Virus record (IMG/VR): IMGVR_UViG_3300037067_007160
Span: 1-64,000 of that record
Length of the DNA: 64,000 nucleotides
From: a virus
Taxonomy: Duplodnaviria > Caudoviricetes
Strand: one strand, 5' to 3'
The translations under genes were made by a program, and so were the position numbers. The notes beneath the pieces are model-generated. The model was not told the DNA's origin. It made no database searches and saw nothing but the letters and a program-made list of their open reading frames with translations. Within the stretch, counting starts at the first letter, position 1, and each line of letters begins with the position of its first letter. Positions 56,123 to 64,000 of this stretch are shown here, in pieces.

Positions 56123-57325
56123 ATGGGACTAACATCAGCAGAACTATATCAAGAGGCAAAGAATAGACTACTGGCTGAGACTGATATAACAAATCTCAGC
56201 CCAGGTGGTGTAGCAAGAACTCTATTACAAGTTTATTCTGATCAGATAGGAGAATTCTATAGGTATCTTGATCAGAGAATGCTTAATGCCTACGTATCTA
56301 CAGCCCAAGGTCGCTATCTTGATATGATAGGTGAGTTGGTCAATATTAGTAGGATAGATTCTACTTTCGCCAATGGCAAGATACGATTCTATGTTAATCC
56401 AGAGACTGATACAACAGTCGATGAGATAATCGTAATGCTTAATGCACGAGATGGTGGAGCTAGAACAACGATTCCAATCCTTGCTGGAACAACAGTAAAA
56501 TCAGGAGATAGATCTTATGTAACAACCACAGATGCTATATTTACATCTGGTAGCACAGAAGTTGAAGTAGAAGTAATATCTACACTTGCTGGCTCTTTTG
56601 GAAATGTAGAACAGGGAGCAATAGATACAATCCAGTGGAATGACGCTGTTCTATCAATACTACAGGGTCTAGTCCTAGTTACGAATGATGCGCCAATAGA
56701 GTCTGCTAGAGATGTAATGACAGATGATGAGTATCGTTACTTTGTAACAAACGCTATTGTTGCTAGTGCAAAGGCTAATGAAACAGCTATTCGTCTGGCC
56801 TGCCTATCAGTTCCGGGTGTATCAGATGTTATTATCGAGCCATTTACATACGGTATAGGCACATTTGGTGTCTTCGTCATGACGACTTCTCCAATAACAA
56901 CAGATGGTACTCTGGCAGCAGTTCAACAGGCCATTAATGAGACTCAGGCCATGGGAATGAGAGGAGTAGCAACATCTCCTGATCTCATAGGAATTCAAAT
57001 GAAAATCTCACTAGAATTTCTTCCAACAACAAAGGCAGCCAGTAGGGTATCCATTACAAAACAGGTCCAGCTCAATGTTATCAACTATATAAACAATCTT
57101 AGACCTGGTGAGGAGATGGTCCTTAACGAGGCAAAGCAGCAGATCATGGATGTCTCGGAAGAGATACACGACCACGTTGTCATTTCTATTATAACAGGTG
57201 ACTATAATCTTACTACTGGAATCATAGACAACGTTGACAATACAGGTGCTATATCCAATAGGAACTGTAGTGTAAGGGAGAAGTTCGTAACTAACTCTAC
57301 CCTACTGGAAGTGTGTTATACATGA
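56123..57325 (+). CDS. Baseplate J-like wedge protein
   Basis: STAQGRYLDMIG, GSFGNV, DDEYRY and LSVPGV motifs. Confidence 0.85.
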   Translation: MGLTSAELYQEAKNRLLAETDITNLSPGGVARTLLQVYSDQIGEFYRYLDQRMLNAYVSTAQGRYLDMIGELVNISRIDSTFANGKIRFYVNPETDTTVDEIIVMLNARDGGARTTIPILAGTTVKSGDRSYVTTTDAIFTSGSTEVEVEVISTLAGSFGNVEQGAIDTIQWNDAVLSILQGLVLVTNDAPIESARDVMTDDEYRYFVTNAIVASAKANETAIRLACLSVPGVSDVIIEPFTYGIGTFGVFVMTTSPITTDGTLAAVQQAINETQAMGMRGVATSPDLIGIQMKISLEFLPTTKAASRVSITKQVQLNVINYINNLRPGEEMVLNEAKQQIMDVSEEIHDHVVISIITGDYNLTTGIIDNVDNTGAISNRNCSVREKFVTNSTLLEVCYT

Positions 57326-58233
57326 TGGAGAGCAAGGCTACAAGGCGTGCCATTCGCGCCTTTCCTATAGATTTTGAACTTACTCAAGATCCTAGTGATC
57401 AACTGAGGAAGTTTCTTGACATACCAGGAAGACAAACTACTATAGCAGGAGAGTACCTTCATAATCAACTAGACAATCTATTTATTGAAACAGCGGATCC
57501 AAATGAACCATACTACGTATATAATAGTGGTAGATATATTCCAAAGGATGCTGATCTTAGTGGATATTGGGTAGAATATATAGATGATCTAACTTCTATG
57601 GAGGTCACTGGATTTTCTCTCGATGAGACAATCTATCCATCAGGACTCACATCATCTACCATACTAGGTGTATCCTTCGCAGATGATCCTATATCAAGTG
57701 GATATCTTTATCTTACATGTGAAGGAGATAGAAATATCTATAGATATATATGGAAGGAACTATATACAAGTCCAGATATTGAAAAGACTGTTGAGGAAGA
57801 ACAATCATATGATGCAAATGGAGAGGATGAGTACCTTATCCTAGATAGGAGTTCTGTACCAGGATCTGTTGTTGCAGAACTTAGACATGAGCCAGTTGGT
57901 GACGTAACTATAATAGATGCTAAGAACTTAGCTTCTCCATGGAATCCGGAAGATTCTGAAGGAATAATAGCAAGTCAAAGCGAGATTACCGTATCAGGAA
58001 AGTATGTTATTCTTACATCTCCACGTCCAAGTTACTCTCCAGCTACAAAAGACGTTCTTGGTAATACCACCTATCCAACTGACTATCAGCCAGATCAGTA
58101 CTGGCAGTCATCATTCATAGCTGAATATGATTATTACTCACAGGAAGCTCCATATGGGATATGCCAACCAACAAATAGGCATGAGCTTGGGTTGGTGGGA
58201 GCTCCTATAGTTGCAGCAAAGGATCTTGAATAA
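57313..58233 (+). CDS. Hypothetical baseplate/tail protein
   Basis: Operon continuity. Confidence 0.6.
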   Translation: MLYMMESKATRRAIRAFPIDFELTQDPSDQLRKFLDIPGRQTTIAGEYLHNQLDNLFIETADPNEPYYVYNSGRYIPKDADLSGYWVEYIDDLTSMEVTGFSLDETIYPSGLTSSTILGVSFADDPISSGYLYLTCEGDRNIYRYIWKELYTSPDIEKTVEEEQSYDANGEDEYLILDRSSVPGSVVAELRHEPVGDVTIIDAKNLASPWNPEDSEGIIASQSEITVSGKYVILTSPRPSYSPATKDVLGNTTYPTDYQPDQYWQSSFIAEYDYYSQEAPYGICQPTNRHELGLVGAPIVAAKDLE

Positions 58234-59216
58234 TGAAGTTTACGACAACACCAGATAAGACAGCGCTAGTCTTTTCTCCATGGGAAATTCGCCCAGGTAC
58301 TCCTGTTACAGTATCATACTCTTATGTTGAGAAGAGAGAATGGACATGGGATAGTGATGCTGCATTTAACGATGTAGTTGAAGGTACTCCATATACAACA
58401 TCGGTAAAGTGTGAATATCCAATAGAAGATGACAAAATAACGATAACAGGCAGTGGAATCTATATCGATCCTATAAGTAAAGGTCTTATTGATCTAACAG
58501 TCTATGACAAACGGGAGACTTCAGCAACAATAATAGCGGTAGCAGCAATATCGAGCACAGCAGCTGATTACTATAATGACTGGTTCTATAATGAAGAGGG
58601 CGTTGCCACACCAATGACCATTGTTCCTCTTACTCTTCAACAGAATGAACAAGATTATAAACCTGAGGATTTTACTATTAGCTACTCACAGCCAGAGCGA
58701 GGAATATCCGTTATTAATGATGAAACATGGACATGTGACTCGGCTGGAACTGTGAAGATGACATCGCCGGCTGATGATTTTTCCATGTCAAGAAATCTGT
58801 TCAGAGCTGGTGTGACTGAAGTCGAAGTTCCACTTGCCTGCACTATAGAACCAATCCTTAGATATACATTTCTTAATGGTGCAAGATATAAGAAAGTTGT
58901 AGATGTTGATCTTCAGGATTGGGATGGAACTACCTATGATGTTCGTGGTATATTATGGCATAGAGACTATCTATACACACTCACTAGTGGCGGTCTCTTT
59001 AGCTTCAGTAGATGGGGAAACTTTGATACTCCCGACTTCTCATATCCAGAGGTCATAGGCAATGACCTTACATATGCCCTTGACGATAAGTTCTTAATAT
59101 CATCTGGAGGGGCTATAAAGGTATACTCGGTTCTTCACGACTTTGTTCACTACCATAAGGATACAGAGGTTATTAGACATAGGGAATATAATGCTCAGTT
59201 TAGGATAGACGAATGA
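58233..59216 (+). CDS. Hypothetical baseplate/tail protein
   Basis: Coupled start/stop. Confidence 0.6.
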   Translation: MKFTTTPDKTALVFSPWEIRPGTPVTVSYSYVEKREWTWDSDAAFNDVVEGTPYTTSVKCEYPIEDDKITITGSGIYIDPISKGLIDLTVYDKRETSATIIAVAAISSTAADYYNDWFYNEEGVATPMTIVPLTLQQNEQDYKPEDFTISYSQPERGISVINDETWTCDSAGTVKMTSPADDFSMSRNLFRAGVTEVEVPLACTIEPILRYTFLNGARYKKVVDVDLQDWDGTTYDVRGILWHRDYLYTLTSGGLFSFSRWGNFDTPDFSYPEVIGNDLTYALDDKFLISSGGAIKVYSVLHDFVHYHKDTEVIRHREYNAQFRIDE

Positions 59217-59773
59217 GCAGCACATACGAGCGAGTATGGAATCAATATGATGAGATGGGACTTCTAGTAGGCATTCCTAGAATTCCCGGAGAGGGAAATG
59301 CTACCTATAGATATAGACTTCTCAATCATAGTCAATTTGACTCGACAAAGCAGGGTCTAAGTGACTATATATCAAGTTCTCTTCTTCAGAGGGAAGTAAA
59401 TGTGACTGAACGTCTTGTCTTTACTTCCCTGCGTGTTCCTCTATCATACTTTATTTATAAGACTATTGGGTCAACTGATTCCTATATAAGTCCTTCCATT
59501 ATAATAGGAGCAAATACATGGACTATAGAGGCTTCTGATGATGATCAGAAGGATGTAAGTAATATAATTAATGGTGTCTACTGGTCTCTATGGAAACAAC
59601 CTGATGGTTCATATGATCAGATATGGACAACAAATGTGGCACCAATTGGAAATATGGAACTAAAGTATCAGTGGAGAGAAAGCGACTCAACAAACCTCTA
59701 TCTTATTAGGGAACTTCCAACGTTAATGACGTGGAATAATGGTGTTATAGAGGAGGCAAATCCCGATGACTAA
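59213..59773 (+). CDS. Baseplate wedge-like protein
   Basis: DEMGLLVGIPRIPGEGNATYRYRL resembles the wedge (gpI/gp48-like) N-terminal motif. Confidence 0.5.
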   Translation: MSSTYERVWNQYDEMGLLVGIPRIPGEGNATYRYRLLNHSQFDSTKQGLSDYISSSLLQREVNVTERLVFTSLRVPLSYFIYKTIGSTDSYISPSIIIGANTWTIEASDDDQKDVSNIINGVYWSLWKQPDGSYDQIWTTNVAPIGNMELKYQWRESDSTNLYLIRELPTLMTWNNGVIEEANPDD

Positions 59774-60041
59774 GGAGATTCGTCTTTACAACCCAGAACT
59801 TTCAGTGAGTGAGATTGAAGATGGAATAGTCCGCATTATTGATGCAACACCATCGGATCTTATAGAAATTGGTGTAATGGATTCCGAAACAGTACCATCA
59901 GAGAAACTTACAAGAATTATTACCGCTATCTTTGGTCAACTTGGTATGACATGGAGTGGAGAAGCATCATATTGGGATCCAATGGAGAGAAGCATAGGAG
60001 GCACGGTTTTCGTATCCAATCCATGGATGAGGGTCGAGTGA
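59766..60041 (+). CDS. Hypothetical protein
   Basis: GGAGG RBS; overlaps neighbours. Confidence 0.6.
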   Translation: MTKEIRLYNPELSVSEIEDGIVRIIDATPSDLIEIGVMDSETVPSEKLTRIITAIFGQLGMTWSGEASYWDPMERSIGGTVFVSNPWMRVE

Positions 60042-60328
60042 TCTGTCACTGTGGTAACAAGATAAAAGATACGTATTGGGGTGGGTCATACCGCCACGTT
60101 TGTTGTCATTGTGGATGTTGTATAGAAAACAACATAAAGGAGTTAGAGACCGACATACCAATAACATCGGTCAACTGCCAAATGAAATATATGATAGCAA
60201 GATTAGAAGATGGAAAAAACAAGATTATTCATATCGACGATGCTGAAAAACTCATAAGAGAAGATAAGGCTGAGTGGGTTATGGATCTAAATAATGTGCG
60301 TTATCTAAGGATGAAACCTACTAAATGA
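60038..60328 (+). CDS. Small Cys-rich Zn-ribbon protein (GTG start)
   Basis: CHCG...CCHCG; GTGA overlap with the upstream gene. Confidence 0.5.
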   Translation: MICHCGNKIKDTYWGGSYRHVCCHCGCCIENNIKELETDIPITSVNCQMKYMIARLEDGKNKIIHIDDAEKLIREDKAEWVMDLNNVRYLRMKPTK

Positions 60329-62184
60329 GCGACTTTAAGTTTATCGACGACTTCGAAGACCTACGCCATTGGTCTGGAACGGGAGCTACCAACACTTCGC
60401 TCACGTTCTCCGGCTCTACGTCCGTAGATGCTGGAAATATTACAACGAAGAATACATTCTGGGATGCTGATAAATTATCAATTCGTCTATATGATAATAT
60501 GGGTTCATTCACTATGAATATTGGAATAGGTGGAACGAACATCTTATCCTTCTCTGCTAATGGAACGAACTATACATTTACAGAAGGAAATGTAACAACT
60601 ATAACTAGTGCAAGAAGTGTGAATTGGCACCTTCTTGAAATTGAGATAAAGGAAAACTATAGAATCTTCATAGATGGAACACTAGTTTTCACCTCAGATC
60701 TACCAGCAAGGCGAGGATTTGATATTAACCTCATTGGTGGCACGTGGGACAATCTTATTGTTGAAAAGACATACGAGGATGAATATATTGGTGGAACTGG
60801 AGGAAAGAAGGATCTTCAGATACAGACCCTTACTGTCAATAATGATGGAACTGTAAGTTATACACTAAATCCAGGCTACTTCTATGTCGATGATCTAGAG
60901 TACTACTACTTTGGAAATATGGGTGTTGCAGATATAGTTCCTAATCCATCGGGAGCATATACATTTCCATCTGGTCTTCCATATATACCAGGAGAACCAT
61001 ATTTTATTGTTGATGAATCCGATATAGCTATGGAAAGTGGTTATATACGAACTCCTCTGAACAGAGATTATGAAGTCATATGGAATCCAGCTACTAGTGG
61101 CTATCAACCAATGGTTAGTGGAGCATACGATGACAAACTTGTCTATGAAGCTGGAACAGAAAGATCTCTAAGCATGGTGGAGCCAATAACAAGCACGAAA
61201 CTTGTCATAACAGATGAGGGAGGAACAGCTGCTTCTGTAACGTCAGAAAGTGCCTATGTCGATTATGTAACGCTAGGATCAACATATGAGACATTTGCTG
61301 TTGTCCTCGATAAGTATGGTGGTCCAGTAGAAGATGTGACAGTATCATGGAAGAGGATAGATAGTAGTGATATTATTAGTGATCTTGGGTCCTCCACGAC
61401 GAACTCGAAGGGTGTGGCAACAAAGACCGTTGTTATCACTGAAGGTGAATCATTTCATATCTATGCTGAAATTAATCCTAATAGTAAGCCAAGATGGATA
61501 CGTGTACCAGCTACACCAGCTGAACTACGTGGTGTAATATTTCAGATGGATAATGATGAAATATATTTTGATAGCATGGAAGCAAGATGTGCGATGGGAC
61601 AAAATATATGGGGTGATACATGGGGAACAAATCCAGGAGAGGCTACTGGATTAGGCTTCCCATTTCCTACTACACACGCCCAATGGGAACTTGAAAATCC
61701 AGAACAGGAAAGACCTCCAATGAATGAGGTCATAGCAACTAATGAAACGACTGGAGCATGGAGTGCACAGGATTTTAATACTATTTATCCAAATGTTGTT
61801 ATAGACGGAGCTGGTACCCTACAACCTTTCATGAATAATATGAGAGTTGCTAGGAATGGTTACTGGGGTCCTTTACTCGTATCAGGCGCTGATATAAGAA
61901 CTGATGTAACTGTTGCATCAGGTCAGATCGTAAATCATGATGATGAATATGAGATAGATAGGGACTATGCTGTAACATCAGGTACATATCTTGATGTCTA
62001 TACAGCAGTTGGAGCATACGACTCTGTCTACTATGTCTTCTATCAGTCAGGTTCTGAGTATGTTGCTGGTTCCTATAATCCAGCTGGTAACTTCTACTTT
62101 AGAGGAGTTGCTCTCTATGACGCAACACTTAGTCAAACCAATAGTAGAATAACGGATCTACTATCATCTGCGGAGTTAGAATAA
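60325..62184 (+). CDS. Tail/baseplate protein with lectin-like and Ig-like segments
   Basis: NWHLLEI...YRIFIDGTLV (ConA/LamG-like); DKYGGPVEDVTVSW...TNSKGVA (Ig-like). Confidence 0.5.
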   Translation: MSDFKFIDDFEDLRHWSGTGATNTSLTFSGSTSVDAGNITTKNTFWDADKLSIRLYDNMGSFTMNIGIGGTNILSFSANGTNYTFTEGNVTTITSARSVNWHLLEIEIKENYRIFIDGTLVFTSDLPARRGFDINLIGGTWDNLIVEKTYEDEYIGGTGGKKDLQIQTLTVNNDGTVSYTLNPGYFYVDDLEYYYFGNMGVADIVPNPSGAYTFPSGLPYIPGEPYFIVDESDIAMESGYIRTPLNRDYEVIWNPATSGYQPMVSGAYDDKLVYEAGTERSLSMVEPITSTKLVITDEGGTAASVTSESAYVDYVTLGSTYETFAVVLDKYGGPVEDVTVSWKRIDSSDIISDLGSSTTNSKGVATKTVVITEGESFHIYAEINPNSKPRWIRVPATPAELRGVIFQMDNDEIYFDSMEARCAMGQNIWGDTWGTNPGEATGLGFPFPTTHAQWELENPEQERPPMNEVIATNETTGAWSAQDFNTIYPNVVIDGAGTLQPFMNNMRVARNGYWGPLLVSGADIRTDVTVASGQIVNHDDEYEIDRDYAVTSGTYLDVYTAVGAYDSVYYVFYQSGSEYVAGSYNPAGNFYFRGVALYDATLSQTNSRITDLLSSAELE

Positions 62185-63008
62185 TGCCTACACTTACATA
62201 TATAACACCAATAAGAACTTGGGAAGTTAGAGAAATCCTTAGTGCCTCCGCTCTAATGAGTGAGATTTACTCAAAGATTCAGGTTCTTAATACAAATCTT
62301 GAGACTATAAATACCCACCAAATAAATCTCCTTAAAGGAGCTGATGGTGGAGCTGAGCAGGCAAAAATACCATTCCATCATGCGACAGCACCAACTGGAT
62401 GGACAAGAGATGCCACATTTACTAATGATGTAATGCTACGTGTGACAGACGGATCAACGGTACCACCAGGAGCTGATCCAAATGTTAATGGTGGTGGACA
62501 TGGTGGAGGATGGACAATAACTGGTGTATCTTTATCTACACCATCAGATCACTCACATACAATGTCACATACGCATGATCTACAAAATCATACGCATGCT
62601 ACAGTACTACACTCACATACACATACAAGTCATTCACATAGTCTTACTGTAGATGGTGCTTATAGTCACTCTGTTCCCGCTGCTGGTGTAACAACGGGTG
62701 GACCAACAGCTCTAGATAGCATATTAATCGCAAGTTATCCAATAGCATCAAACTCACATACACACTATGATGCACATGGACACACTATTCACCACGCTAG
62801 TGGATACATGGTTCCCTTTTCTCTTGGTACAGCAAGTCCAGCAACAACATCAGAAACTACAGGAACAACAGCAACGCCATCAACAAATACAAGTGGGGAT
62901 TCCTCTGTTGGTTCCACCGATTCTAAAAACATAGGAGTTCATAGTATAACGCATGATGGTATATGGCGCCCAGCATATTCAGATATTCTAATGTGTAAGA
63001 GGGACTAA
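62184..63008 (+). CDS. His-rich tail fibre protein
   Basis: APTGW collar-like motif; many HxH motifs; WRPAY C-terminus. Confidence 0.65.
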   Translation: MPTLTYITPIRTWEVREILSASALMSEIYSKIQVLNTNLETINTHQINLLKGADGGAEQAKIPFHHATAPTGWTRDATFTNDVMLRVTDGSTVPPGADPNVNGGGHGGGWTITGVSLSTPSDHSHTMSHTHDLQNHTHATVLHSHTHTSHSHSLTVDGAYSHSVPAAGVTTGGPTALDSILIASYPIASNSHTHYDAHGHTIHHASGYMVPFSLGTASPATTSETTGTTATPSTNTSGDSSVGSTDSKNIGVHSITHDGIWRPAYSDILMCKRD

Positions 63009-64000
63009 TGCCAACACTATTATCTATAGCAAATACTGAACCATGGTTTAGAGGTGAACATCCATCAAACGAAAAGATGAATGTTCAGATAGGAGATATT
63101 AGTAGTATATGTACAGCAAATATACTATCTCTAGATTCTTACCATCGCTTATTACTACAAGGAAGTTCTGGTGGAGTACATCAAGCAACAATACCTTTTA
63201 TTAATAGTAGTGCACCAACTAGATGGACAAGAAGTATAACAGTATCTACAGATAAACTGCTTAGAGTAACAAGTGGTGCCGGAACAGCTACGGGTGGATC
63301 ATGGACAGTATCTGGTATGATAGTGGCAGCAGATGGAGCCCATAACCATAGTGTAACTTCACATACACATACCATGTCACATACTCATACTTATTCTCAT
63401 AGCCATAATACACAAGGTCATGTCCATGATGCATCACACTATCATATTACTGACACTACATATTCTATTTTCTCTGGTGGTCCTTCTTCTGCTGTTGGAA
63501 CCAGTATTGTTGTTGGTTCCTTGTATACCCTATCTTACCATGCCCATACTGGTGGTCTTCATAATCATACTACAAGTACTGCTAGTTTCTCTACTAGTGG
63601 TCCATCCACAAATCTTATTTCAACCGAAGATGTTGTAAGTGGAACAGCATCTTCTAGTAGTGGAGCTACATCTGGAACAACAGATAATGCAGCTACCCAC
63701 ACGCATACCTTTTCATATGCTCCATCCTGGAAACCGTCTTATCTAACTACTATTATTTGCACAAAAGATGATGATACTACATTAACAGCAGTAACACCTA
63801 GTCAGAGATGGACTACTAGAGAGCAACCTACTTCAACAAAAATGAATCAGGAGATTACAAATAGATTTAATCTTAATATATCTAATCATCAAATATTAAA
63901 TACTAATGTAAGTATGTTACTACAAGGAACAGCTGGTGGTACAGAACAGGCAAAGCTACTATTTGCTCTTTCTAGCGCACCAACAGGATGGACACGTATA
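63008..64000 (+). CDS. His-rich tail fibre paralogue, truncated by the window end (multi-module)
   Basis: Read by hand: MPTLLSIANTEPW...APTRW...HxH repeats...WKPSY...CTKD, then a second module ending APTGWTR. The frame stays open to 64000. Confidence 0.7.
   Translation, partial: MPTLLSIANTEPWFRGEHPSNEKMNVQIGDISSICTANILSLDSYHRLLLQGSSGGVHQATIPFINSSAPTRWTRSITVSTDKLLRVTSGAGTATGGSWTVSGMIVAADGAHNHSVTSHTHTMSHTHTYSHSHNTQGHVHDASHYHITDTTYSIFSGGPSSAVGTSIVVGSLYTLSYHAHTGGLHNHTTSTASFSTSGPSTNLISTEDVVSGTASSSSGATSGTTDNAATHTHTFSYAPSWKPSYLTTIICTKDDDTTLTAVTPSQRWTTREQPTSTKMNQEITNRFNLNISNHQILNTNVSMLLQGTAGGTEQAKLLFALSSAPTGWTRI

Noticed and set aside
1-64000. Stop-codon reassignment, inteins or introns
   Set aside because: Genes are long and tightly packed under the standard code and all three stop codons are used. 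No intein or intron signatures were noticed in the terminase, portal or polymerases.

Overview
A 64-kb segment of a large contractile-tailed (myovirus-type) phage genome with two divergent arms that meet at about 12.55-12.7 kb. The left arm (1-12.5 kb, minus strand, visibly more GC-rich over most of its length) is an early/accessory region. It holds many small genes with strong GGAGG ribosome-binding sites, a cyclic-phosphate-processing receiver-like protein, a PLD-like nuclease, RNase HI, a PcfJ-like protein, a zincin and a 742-aa YonO/RdRP-like single-chain two-barrel polymerase (DYDGD). It also has tRNA-like sequence at the window edge and several structured RNAs. The right arm (12.7-64 kb, plus strand) is the morphogenesis module: terminase, portal, protease/scaffold, major capsid, neck, sheath, three tube-like paralogues, two chaperones, three giant (>2000 aa) proteins, baseplate and His-rich fibres. 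Best finding: two type II hammerhead ribozymes (11550-11605, 11974-12033) would excise a 425-nt RNA whose ends rebuild a complete chimeric hammerhead, a candidate self-circularising phage mRNA. Second: a 2124-aa tail-region protein with a DTDGD RNA-polymerase motif and a DEDDh exonuclease domain, so the phage may encode two two-barrel polymerases. All protein assignments come from motif recognition by eye; no searches or folding programs were run.
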